A stretch of 40,413 nucleotides of DNA from Oscillospiraceae bacterium (GCA_045539055.1 JAZQEQ010000252.1:1-40413); one strand, 5' to 3'; counted from the stretch's first letter, positions 18,900 to 27,581 are shown. Translations and numbers: made by a program. Notes: generated from the letters alone by a model not told the origin.

Positions 18900-19226
18900 T
18901 GCGAAATTTTCGCACATGTGACATCGAATGAAAAAAAGTGCGAAAATTAGTGAAAATCGCATGGCTTAACCAAGCCGTTTGTTGGCATCGATGCGCAAAA
19001 TGCGCATTTTGCGCACCTCTGAAAACACCTGTTTGCGCAAAATTTGCGAATGCGTGAAGCCTGATAATTAAAAATGTCGACATTTGCGACAGTGTGACAC
19101 CGGAAAGAAAAAATGGCGACATTTTGTAAAAATCGCTGGCTTAACCATGCGGTTTGTGAACACGATGTCGACAATGTCGTATTTGTCGACATACTAAAAA
19201 CAGCAATTGTCGACATGATGTCGACA
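18900..19226. repeat. Two tandem ~175 bp modules, each with eight short palindromic cores (TGCGCA/TGCGAA versus TGTCGACA)
   Basis: Shared scaffold TGTGACA, A-run, AAAATCGC(A)TGGCTTAACCA(A/T)GC(C/G)GTTTGT; core start spacings 9,30,53,9,9,24,11 versus 9,30,52,9,9,24,11. Confidence 0.9.
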
Positions 19227-19535
19227 TCCACAAACCACATAAACAAGCGATTGCTTCGCTGCTTCCCTCCCCTTACGGGTCGGAGTGCTGCTCAAAAGGG
19301 GGAAGAGCATAAGGGGCGATGACACACCAGCCTTTTTAGGTCTGTTGTGGTCAGCGTAGCTGACATCGCCCACTTGCGTCGCAGGCTCCACTACTTTTGG
19401 GGACATAACACTCGAACGAAAGACCTCTTATTTTTGCAAAATAAATCACAGTTCGGAGAAACTCAAAATGAGAACCGTGAAGGAATTGTTTTGCATTCTG
19501 TCATAATAGTCGCTAAAGCTCCGAAAATATAAACT

Positions 19536-19569
19536 ACCGTGCAAACTCCTGCACGGTTTTTCTTTTTTT
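19536..19569 (+). terminator. Intrinsic terminator-like hairpin upstream of the orphan-clpP-virD4 operon
   Basis: ACCGTGCA-AACTCC-TGCACGGT followed by TTTTCTTTTTTT. Confidence 0.65.
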
Positions 19570-19642
19570 CGGCACTCGCGTGCCGTCGGGTTTTAAAACA
19601 GGGTCAAAATGACCTGAAAAAATTACAGAAAGAAGTGATCTT

Positions 19643-20365
19643 TTGCAAACAACACTTGAAAACATAACAAGAGCATCGCGGGTGGGATATATAAATGAAT
19701 ATCACTCTGTCGGGGAGATAATCACAAAGCTCGCAGAAACGAAGCTCTCACAGTTCCCTCGTGGCAGTGCGGATAACGTTATGAAGCTTATGCGATTCTA
19801 CATGGAGGATAATGAAATGGACGTTGAAAGATGCTCGGAGCTTACCTATGGTGAAGTGCTCGGTATCATTCACTCGTTTCCGAAATGTAAGGCATATCAG
19901 GAAGCAGATGACCCTAAATGGGGTCTTAATATGAGACTTACCCTGCTCGCACATATCAGATATATGCTGGTATCAGCCAAGACGAACGACAGTAATCTGC
20001 GGCTGTTTAAAGCAGTGACCGTCAAGGGGTATCTGAACTATCTCACGATACGCGCAAAACGACCTGAAGAAGTAACCGCTCAGTCGTTCAAAGATTTCAA
20101 GAAAAGTGTGAAGGGACATATAGGTTTTACTGTCACCAAAAAGACAACTATTGAACAGCTCCTGCAGCAGTTCGACGCATTTCAGCGTAAATGCTGGATG
20201 CCAAACCAGTCGATAGAGGAATTTGAAGCGAGCATACAAAAGAGCTACAACGATCTGTATTGCTTCTTCATAACACAATTCAGATATGCTTTTCCAAGAT
20301 ATTTCTATATCGACAAGCTCAAAGAAAAGTACGCAAAGAAAACCGGGTTAACGGAGGAAAAATAA
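19643..20365 (+). CDS. Hypothetical protein (240 aa, soluble, Lys-rich)
   Basis: Long ORF with TTG start ending 1 bp before clpP; no motif recognised; start uncertain. Confidence 0.7.
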   Translation: MQTTLENITRASRVGYINEYHSVGEIITKLAETKLSQFPRGSADNVMKLMRFYMEDNEMDVERCSELTYGEVLGIIHSFPKCKAYQEADDPKWGLNMRLTLLAHIRYMLVSAKTNDSNLRLFKAVTVKGYLNYLTIRAKRPEEVTAQSFKDFKKSVKGHIGFTVTKKTTIEQLLQQFDAFQRKCWMPNQSIEEFEASIQKSYNDLYCFFITQFRYAFPRYFYIDKLKEKYAKKTGLTEEK

Positions 20366-20366
20366 T

Positions 20367-20945
20367 ATGGCAAATGTATTAAAGGAATCTGCAAGAGGTA
20401 TCGAGTGCATAAGGCTCGATGATGAGCTGTTCAATTCGCGGTCAGTGTTTCTGACAGAGCCTGTTGATGTACAGACCTCGGCGGAGCTCATAAAGCAGCT
20501 CATGCACCTTGAACACGAGGATAACAAGAGCGAGATAACACTGTACATAAACAGCCCAGGCGGTGAGGTCATAAGCGGACTTGCTGTGTATGATTACATA
20601 ACCGCAATGAAAGCACCTGTAAGAACAGTGTGCATCGGGACAGCCGCAAGTATGGGAGCGATACTCTTCCTTGCAGGTGACAAGCGGCAGATGCTCCCTC
20701 ACACAAGGCTCATGATACACGACCCGTCTTACGGTCACAACGATATAGGCGGCAGGAAGTCGCATGAGATACAGCATGAGCTGGATAAGCTGAACGAGGT
20801 AAGAGAATCGCTTGCGAGGATAATTGCAGCTAAGACAGGAAAGCGCATCAGAGAGATATACAAGCTCACGGCGAACGACACCTATTACAGTGCCGAGGAA
20901 GCAGTCGCTTTCGGACTTGCAACAGAGATATTGAAGGAGGTGTAA
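20367..20945 (+). CDS. clpP: ClpP-family protease proteolytic subunit (accessory paralog)
   Basis: LYINSPGGEV, catalytic Ser in AASMGA, His in MIHDP, Asp in NDTYYSAEEA...GL. GGAGG RBS. Confidence 0.92.
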   Translation: MANVLKESARGIECIRLDDELFNSRSVFLTEPVDVQTSAELIKQLMHLEHEDNKSEITLYINSPGGEVISGLAVYDYITAMKAPVRTVCIGTAASMGAILFLAGDKRQMLPHTRLMIHDPSYGHNDIGGRKSHEIQHELDKLNEVRESLARIIAAKTGKRIREIYKLTANDTYYSAEEAVAFGLATEILKEV

Positions 20946-20948
20946 GCC

Positions 20949-22142
20949 GTGAGGAATATGAGATATCTCGCTGATGGGATAACTGTCTCCAACGATACAA
21001 GGAAAACAGGGCTTAACAACAACGATATGATAATAGGCTCGTCAGGCTCCGGGAAAACGGGCGGTTATGTCATACCTAATCTTCAGAACATTACAGGAAG
21101 CATGGTGGTGTCAGATACCAAGGGGCAGCTTCACAGAATGTTCAGTGATGAGCTTAAAGCCAAGGGGTATTCAGTCTATACCCTTGACCTTGTAGATCCG
21201 CTGAGCTCCTGCGGCTACAACCCATTAAGCGGAATACGGCGCTATGACAACGGCAAGTTATGCGAGAAGGATATCATCACGCTTGCAACTACCATAATGC
21301 CGACGCTAGATAAGGAAGAGCCGTTCTGGGAGATGGCAGCAGCAGGATATATTGCTTTCCTGATAGCATTCTGTCTGGAAACGCTCGTGACAGAGGAGCA
21401 GAACATGATAAGCGTCTGCAAGCTGCACCATACATATATAGGACGCAACGGTGAGCTGTCGTTCCTGCAATGGGCAGACAAGCACCCCAACACCTTTGCG
21501 GCGAAGAAATTCTATGAGAGTCGTGCGAGTTCCGCTGCCGACAAAATGTGGAGCAGCATAATAGAATTTGCCAACCGCGCTTTAGAGCCTTTCGATTTTG
21601 AGGAAGCAAGAACTATCTTCGGTAATTCCGAGGGCTTTGATATACGGGACTTGGGCAGAAAGAAGACTGTACTGTTTCTTAATGTGAGCGATACAGACAG
21701 GGCGTTCGACCAGCTTGTCAATGTATTCTACACTCAGGCTCTGCAGCTGCTCTGCTCGGAAGCGGACAAGAACCCAGACGGCAGACTTAAAGTTCCTGTA
21801 CGAATCATGATGGACGACTTCGCTGCGAGCGCAAGGATACCCGACTTCGACAAGATAATATCCGTGATACGTTCCAGAGAGATATCTGTAAGCATAATAC
21901 TCCAGAGCCTTACACAGCTCCAAAGTATGTACAAATACTCTGAGGCTGCGACCATCACCAACAACTGCGATCATCTGCTCTATCTCGGCTCGCAGGATAT
22001 TGATACGGCGAATTTCATCGCTTGCAGGGTATGCAGGACTCCCGAAACCGTTATGTGTATGCCGAGAGATAAGGCGGTGCTTATAACCAGCGGTGAAAAG
22101 GCGAGGTTTGTGGCGGTTGAGGAGGTTTTGAGCATGGAATAA
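20949..22142 (+). CDS. VirD4/TraG-like coupling-protein ATPase lacking transmembrane anchor
   Basis: Walker A GSSGSGKT, YVIPNL, VSDTKGQL, YNPL, EPFW, Walker B MMDDFA, RSREISVSIILQSLTQL, NNCD. AAGGAGG RBS. Confidence 0.85.
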   Translation: MRNMRYLADGITVSNDTRKTGLNNNDMIIGSSGSGKTGGYVIPNLQNITGSMVVSDTKGQLHRMFSDELKAKGYSVYTLDLVDPLSSCGYNPLSGIRRYDNGKLCEKDIITLATTIMPTLDKEEPFWEMAAAGYIAFLIAFCLETLVTEEQNMISVCKLHHTYIGRNGELSFLQWADKHPNTFAAKKFYESRASSAADKMWSSIIEFANRALEPFDFEEARTIFGNSEGFDIRDLGRKKTVLFLNVSDTDRAFDQLVNVFYTQALQLLCSEADKNPDGRLKVPVRIMMDDFAASARIPDFDKIISVIRSREISVSIILQSLTQLQSMYKYSEAATITNNCDHLLYLGSQDIDTANFIACRVCRTPETVMCMPRDKAVLITSGEKARFVAVEEVLSME

Positions 22143-22247
22143 TTGTGAAAAGTGACGATCGGAAATTGTTGGTTTTCGTAGCACTTACAAGATTTTTATC
22201 GCTCTTAGTTGGTAATCGTATGTATCTGACGATTATTTATATCCCCC

Positions 22248-22325
22248 TTGTGTGACACGTTTCTCACAACGATTCAGCAAACACGATTATGATCGCGTTT
22301 GTTGAATACGTAATGTGTCACACAA
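22248..22325. repeat. Nested inverted repeat upstream of the recombinase operon
   Basis: Outer perfect 11 bp arms TTGTGTGACAC / GTGTCACACAA; inner 14/16 arms ATTCAGCAAACACGAT (22272-22287) / ATCGCGTTTGTTGAAT (22292-22307) around TATG. Confidence 0.75.
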
Positions 22326-22486
22326 AAGTTTGTGCAATACTTTTTTCTGAAAAGTGTTGCTTTTTTAAAAAAAGATGTCATATATAATAGTAGAAAGTAT
22401 TACACTATTTTATTCGTACAAGCTGTAATATTTTTATCCGAAGCTAATATATTATACCAACAGCTTACATGGAAAGGAGCACAGTT

Positions 22487-22612
22487 ATGACTTACATAAT
22501 CACTACTACCGTCCCCGAGACTTCAAGCGTTCAGCTTCGTCTTGAAGCCGCACAGCGTGTATACGAGGAGCTTCTCCGTTACATAAGCAAGGAAGATGTG
22601 AGCGCAGACTAA
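22487..22612 (+). CDS. Small ORF, 41 aa (MTYIITTTVPETSSVQLRLEAAQRVYEELLRYISKEDVSAD)
   Basis: AAAGGAG RBS before ATG 22487; ends 17 bp before the recombinase; not in the ORF track. Confidence 0.6.
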   Translation: MTYIITTTVPETSSVQLRLEAAQRVYEELLRYISKEDVSAD

Positions 22613-22629
22613 GTTCGGGAGGACGTATA

Positions 22630-24111
22630 ATGACCGCAATTTATGCGAGACAAAGTATCGACAAAAAAGACAGTATCTCGATCGAAACGCAGATAGAAGC
22701 CTGCAAGCGTTGTGCCGACGAGGAGTACAGAGTTTATTCGGATAAGGGCTGGAGCGGAAAAAACCTCGACCGCCCACAGTTCAAAAAGCTTATGGCGGAT
22801 ATAAGGACAGGCGAGATAGACAAGCTCGTTGTCTATAAGCTGGACAGAATAAGCCGCTCCCTCAATGATTTCTCCAATCTTATGGAGGAGTTCAAAAAGT
22901 ATAATGTTGAGTTCGCATCTACCGTTGAGACCTTTGACACTTCGACCGCAATAGGCAGGGCGATGCTCGGCATAATCATGGTGTTTGCAGAGCTTGAGCG
23001 CGAAAATATCCTTTTGCGCGTAAAGGATAACTACTATGCAAGGGGCGAAAAGGGACTGTATCTCGGCGGAGTTGCGATATACGGGTTTGATAAGATGCCC
23101 ACGAAGCTTGACGGTATAAAGACCTCAGTACTTGTGCCGAACAGCGATATGACCACAGTGGAGTATATTTTCAGTGCTTACCGTGAGGGCGGCTGTTCGC
23201 TCGGAGATATCGTGCGGACGCTGAACGAGCAGAATGTTCCTTCGCCTGCGGGAGCCCTCTGGGACAGCAGTAAGCTTAGCCGTCTGCTCAGAAGTCCTGT
23301 TTATGTACAAGCTGATATGGAGGTGTACCGTTATTTCAAGGAAAAGGGCGCGCAGATAGCAAATCCTGTTGAAAGCTTTACAGGTGAGCGCGGTTGCTTC
23401 CTTTACGGCAAGCGTGAAGCGAATGAGCGCAAGTATACCGATGTGCGTGACCATGTGCTGTCGATAGGACTGCATGAGGGTGTAATTTCATCTGAGGTGT
23501 GGCTTGATGTGCAGCGCAAGCTTGATGGAAATACCCAGCTGAAAAAGGGTAGGAGCGGCACATATTGTTGGCTGAGAGGGCTGCTGAAATGTGGCAGGTG
23601 CGGTTATGCTATGAGGGTGATGTCGGGGACGTATTTTTACTGCTCGGGCAAGGCTAATCATCACGTATGTGAGGGTGTATCAGGCAAGCCTGAGATAGAG
23701 GCAGCGGAGCAGGCAGTGTATTCTGAACTTAAGAAGAAGTTCGAAGAAATACGGGATCTGCACCCCATGAGCAAAACGCAGACTTCTCCGAAGGCAAACA
23801 AGCTGAAGATGAAGCTTGAAACGCTGAATTCGCAGATAGAAAACCTTGTCTGTAAGATAACCGAAACAACAGCCGCAATAGGAAAGGTGCTTGAAGAAAA
23901 GCTGGGTCAGCTTATCTCTGAGCGCGAGAGCATTAAAGCAGAGCTAGACAAGCTCGGTGAGCCGAAGCAGCGTCAGAGCTACGAAGCAGTGATACCGCTT
24001 TTGGACGAGTTTCCTGAGATGCCTGTAGAGGTAAAACGGCAGATAGCTGAGCAATTCATCTCAAAGGTGCTTATGTGGGAGGACAGGCTGGAGATACAGT
24101 GGAGATTTTGA
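22630..24111 (+). CDS. Large serine recombinase (resolvase + recombinase + zinc ribbon + coiled coil)
   Basis: IYARQS catalytic Ser, SGKNLDRPQF, KLDRISRS, FAELERE, LKCGRCG...YCSGK...C; C-terminal coiled coil. Confidence 0.95.
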   Translation: MTAIYARQSIDKKDSISIETQIEACKRCADEEYRVYSDKGWSGKNLDRPQFKKLMADIRTGEIDKLVVYKLDRISRSLNDFSNLMEEFKKYNVEFASTVETFDTSTAIGRAMLGIIMVFAELERENILLRVKDNYYARGEKGLYLGGVAIYGFDKMPTKLDGIKTSVLVPNSDMTTVEYIFSAYREGGCSLGDIVRTLNEQNVPSPAGALWDSSKLSRLLRSPVYVQADMEVYRYFKEKGAQIANPVESFTGERGCFLYGKREANERKYTDVRDHVLSIGLHEGVISSEVWLDVQRKLDGNTQLKKGRSGTYCWLRGLLKCGRCGYAMRVMSGTYFYCSGKANHHVCEGVSGKPEIEAAEQAVYSELKKKFEEIRDLHPMSKTQTSPKANKLKMKLETLNSQIENLVCKITETTAAIGKVLEEKLGQLISERESIKAELDKLGEPKQRQSYEAVIPLLDEFPEMPVEVKRQIAEQFISKVLMWEDRLEIQWRF

Positions 24112-24115
24112 GAAA

Positions 24116-24151
24116 AAGACAACCGCCGCAATACGTTGCGGTGGTTGTCTT
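24116..24151. terminator. Bidirectional intrinsic terminator
   Basis: AAGACAACCGCCGCAA-TACG-TTGCGGTGGTTGTCTT between convergent genes. Confidence 0.85.
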
Positions 24152-24194
24152 ATTGGAGCGTTTTTGGCCAAAAGAAATATCTATGTTCAGGAGA

Positions 24195-26420
24195 TTATGA
24201 AGAATAGTTTTTCTTCAAATAATCGAATGTTGTTGCAGGAACGAATTCGCGCAGCTTATCCCACTTGCCTTCTTTAAGAAGTCTGCGCACTTCGCTAGCC
24301 GAGATGACATCATTGCCATTTGTCTTTCTGCTGATCTCCCTGAATTCGATATCATACAAGGGCAGGATTTTTTCCATCTCTCGGTTATACTGGTTGGTAA
24401 CGTTGTCGAGCGGCTCGCTGCCTGCGAAGCGGATCTTTATATTCGCGGCAGGTGCGATCTCTTTCGCAAACAAAGTTACATCGTTAGAAGTATCAATAAC
24501 TCTGTCCTGAAGCTGAGATTTATTGAAATAACCCTCAAACGTCAGAGAGGAGATTATAAATTCTCCGCTCTCCACCACGATAACATTTTTCAAATCCTTT
24601 GTGCCCTGGCGGACAAGCTCTATTCGGTCCTTGAACGGGAAGAACGATCTGTCCTCCTGAACGACAAAGATCAGAAGATACTCGCACTCATTTGCTGCAG
24701 TTTCTATCAGATATCTGTGGCCTAATGTAAATGGATTGCAATTCATAACGATAGCGCCGACTTTTTCGGAACGGTGCATATCGTTTTCCCAGAGAACGGA
24801 TATTTTCTTTTTATATGCGTTCAGTTTTTCGGACTGCTCGGGTGACAGGTTGAAATGTGATGCTGTGTTTTGCTTTTCAGGCTGCGGAATATCGAGATAT
24901 TCTTCAAAAAAGCTGTGCTCCTGAAGTGATCTGAAAACGCCCTCTGCGATCATTTTGTGCGCAGCCTCTGTAAGGTGGGTAACATCAAAGAACAGCTCTC
25001 CGTACTTATATGGATTGGTCACCAGCTCGTCATTTTTGGCATGATATTTGCCGCCGAGACCAATAACTATATCGCCCGACTTCAACGGGAAGGTGTTGAA
25101 CAGATTTATCATCTCTTCTTCGGAATTCAGGCCGTCAAGACACAGACCGTAGTTCTCGACGATGAAACCCTTGTCAGCAGCATATTTATTCAGCAGCATT
25201 TGTAATTGCGATGAATATGTGCCTTCGTCTCTTACTCCCACACCCATAATGAAGCAGGGACCCATGACATATATCGTTCGCTTAAAGCTTTTAGGCTGAT
25301 CTACTGTTATTCTGTGACCGTTGACGATGTTGAAGTATTTGCCTTTATAATCCTCATAGTGCCTTGCTCCGTCTATTCCGATATAAGCTCTCGAAGGAGG
25401 ATTAAGCACCTCGGAAATATCATTTACATCGGGTATATATTGCTGTATCGCAAGCGCAGCGCGGGGATACTGGCATACAGTCGCGAAATTTATCTTGTTT
25501 TCGAGGATAAACTGTTCGTTTTCTGTAACTGGCTTTTCAGGGAATATCGGAAGATCAATGCTCATAAACACAATGCCGGGATTCTGATCCACTATATCCT
25601 TGATCCTTTTGCTGTAATCGCGGTTGCAGAGCAATCCCGGAACATATGTATCGAAGATCGTAAAATCGACCACTTCCTGTTTTGTTCTATTATATACCAG
25701 AAATGCCAGACCTCTGGTGCTGTTCAGCTTATCCTTAAGCTTCCACACTGTCGTTCCTGCGCCGTCAATGGATATAGTGACGCCTGAATGTCTGTAGTTC
25801 GCGTCGGTGCTTTCAAAGCCTATGCTCTTTACGGATACCTGCGTATTGCCTATGATGCGGTTCACTTCAAGTGACTTGCCACGGCATATATCTTCAGCAA
25901 CAAGCTTGCCGTCATCGATTATCGCAACATAAGATGCTCTGAATTTATCGCAGAGATTTATCTGCGTTCCTAAGCTACAGAGCTTTTGCGCGACTCCGTA
26001 TGTGAAATCAGGACTACCTGAAGGAGTGTTGCTGGAAAAGATAATAATGCAATGTTCTTTGGTAAACCAATTCAGTTTATCCAGGTATTGAACAAAATTC
26101 TCTTCTCTGTTTAAAGAGTCTGGAATACAGTTATCTGCATATATTTCTTCGAGGTATGTTTCAATGTTTTTTCTGAACTCATACAGATCTATCTCAGTAT
26201 CTTCATCACCCAAAGCATTGTACATGTCCTGCAATTCCTTCCTCAGGGTCAGACATTCTTCGTAAGGGGCGGAGAATTCGATTATATTTGTAATAAACGC
26301 GCGAATATCCCCTACGAGCTGATCGATTATAGCGGCTTCGTTCTGTCTGACAAGAATGTCAAAGGCTTCATCCAGAGTATTCAGCAATTCTGTCAGTTTA
26401 TCATACATTGTTTTTTTCAT
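24195..26420 (-). CDS. Multidomain protein with C-terminal [citrate lyase] ligase-like (CitC_C) nucleotidyltransferase and central SGNH-like domain
   Basis: GAIVMNCNPFTLGHRYLIE, ISSLTFEGYF, RFAGSEP...TNQYN, ISASEVR; central IYVMGPC...NYG...FFDVTHL. ATG 26420 follows an AAGGAG RBS. Confidence 0.75.
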   Translation of the reverse strand: MKKTMYDKLTELLNTLDEAFDILVRQNEAAIIDQLVGDIRAFITNIIEFSAPYEECLTLRKELQDMYNALGDEDTEIDLYEFRKNIETYLEEIYADNCIPDSLNREENFVQYLDKLNWFTKEHCIIIFSSNTPSGSPDFTYGVAQKLCSLGTQINLCDKFRASYVAIIDDGKLVAEDICRGKSLEVNRIIGNTQVSVKSIGFESTDANYRHSGVTISIDGAGTTVWKLKDKLNSTRGLAFLVYNRTKQEVVDFTIFDTYVPGLLCNRDYSKRIKDIVDQNPGIVFMSIDLPIFPEKPVTENEQFILENKINFATVCQYPRAALAIQQYIPDVNDISEVLNPPSRAYIGIDGARHYEDYKGKYFNIVNGHRITVDQPKSFKRTIYVMGPCFIMGVGVRDEGTYSSQLQMLLNKYAADKGFIVENYGLCLDGLNSEEEMINLFNTFPLKSGDIVIGLGGKYHAKNDELVTNPYKYGELFFDVTHLTEAAHKMIAEGVFRSLQEHSFFEEYLDIPQPEKQNTASHFNLSPEQSEKLNAYKKKISVLWENDMHRSEKVGAIVMNCNPFTLGHRYLIETAANECEYLLIFVVQEDRSFFPFKDRIELVRQGTKDLKNVIVVESGEFIISSLTFEGYFNKSQLQDRVIDTSNDVTLFAKEIAPAANIKIRFAGSEPLDNVTNQYNREMEKILPLYDIEFREISRKTNGNDVISASEVRRLLKEGKWDKLREFVPATTFDYLKKNYSS

Positions 26421-26530
26421 AAGCCTCTCCTTATAGCAAATTGCAGATGAATGCAATAATTTTGCAGTTGTAATAGATGTCATGAGGTATAATGCAGTAC
26501 GATACCCGAAACTGTATATATTACTAAATT

Positions 26531-26560
26531 ATTTTACCATAGGGGAAATATAATTGTCAA
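26531..26560 (-). promoter_or_regulatory. sigmaA promoter of the CitC-like gene
   Basis: Minus strand TTGACA, 18 bp spacer, TAAAAT with extended -10 TG; conserved in the paralogous copy at 27891-27921. Confidence 0.7.
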
Positions 26561-26572
26561 GGCTGTAGCGGA

Positions 26573-27561
26573 GGCAATTTTGTGCCTTATATGCTCAAGG
26601 CTCACCCCGATTACCGCATCATCTGCTTTGACTGCCTGACCTATGCGGGCAATATGGAAACGCTTGCACCAGTAATGGATGACCCGAACTTCCGTTTCTG
26701 CAAGGTGGATATCACAGACCGCGAGGCGGTAAACAAGGTGTTTGAGGAGGAACACCCCGACATCGTTGTAAACTTTGCTGCGGAGAGCCATGTTGACAGG
26801 TCTATTGACAATCCCGGAGTTTTCCTGAACACCAACATCATGGGACTCAGGTCATGATGGACGCCTGCCGCAAGTATGGCATACAGCGTTATCATCAGGT
26901 TTCTACCGATGAGGTGTATGGCGATCTTCCGCTTGACAGACCCGATCTGTTTTTTACTGAGGAGACTCCTATCCATACTTCAAGCCCTTACTCTGCATCC
27001 AAGGCGAGTGCAGACCTGCTGGTGCAGGCTTATCACAGGACATTTGGTCTGCCTGTAACTATTTCCCGTTGTTCCAACAACTATGGTCCGTATCATTTCC
27101 CCGAAAAGCTCATTCCGCTGATGATCGCCAATGCGCTCAACGACAAGCCGCTCCCTGTTTACGGCGAGGGTCTGAATGTGCGCGACTGGCTGTATGTTGA
27201 GGATCATTGCGGTGCTATCGATCTTATCATTCATAAAGGCAGAGTCGGCGAGGTCTACAACATCGGCGGACATAATGAGATGAGGAATATCGATATCGTA
27301 AAGATCATCTGCAAGGCACTCGGCAAGCCCGAAAGCCTCATCACATACGTTGCAGACCGCAAGGGGCATGATATGCGCTATGCGATAGACCCGACAAAGA
27401 TACACAACGAGCTTGGCTGGCTTCCTGAAACCAAGTTTGCAGATGGAATCCAGAAGACCATTCAGTGGTATCTCGACAACCGCGATTGGTGGGAGCATAT
27501 CATAAACGGAGAGTATCGGGAATATTATAAGAAAATGTATGATACAAGGCTGAAGATATAG
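26573..27561 (+). pseudogene. rfbB: dTDP-glucose 4,6-dehydratase pseudogene (5'-truncated and frameshifted)
   Basis: Begins at GNFV..LTYAGN without the TGGAGFIG motif, RBS or native start; 1-nt frameshift near 26845 (ATGGGACTCAGGTC); downstream [29 protein letters not shown] intact. Confidence 0.85.
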
Positions 27562-27581
27562 CCTGAGTCCTGATATATTGA

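Noticed and set aside
18500-19230. CRISPR array or integron attC array
   Set aside because: Repeats are 6-8 bp cores at irregular spacing, not 25-45 bp repeats with unique spacers; GTTACA does not fit GTTRRRY; no cas or intI genes.
18418-19532. Several 60-99 aa ORFs in the repeat block (e.g. 18450-18674, 18947-19246)
   Set aside because: No convincing RBS; their sequences merely translate the repeats; they overlap terminators.
20367-20945. Housekeeping clpP or phage prohead protease
   Set aside because: No tig/clpX neighbours and no portal, terminase or capsid genes.
19643-24111. Complete ICE / conjugative element
   Set aside because: No relaxase, VirB4, VirB6 or cell-wall hydrolase, and the VirD4-like protein has no membrane anchor.
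24195-26420. Bona fide citC of citrate fermentation
   Set aside because: No citrate lyase subunits nearby, and the N-terminal ~550 aa do not resemble the short CitC N-terminal domain.
26840-26860. Programmed frameshift or phase-variable tract in rfbB
   Set aside because: No slippery heptamer or long homopolymer at the shift, and the gene also lacks its 5' end.
26534-27498. - strand ORFs 26534-26791, 26641-26976 and 26980-27498
   Set aside because: Antisense shadows of the rfbB relic.
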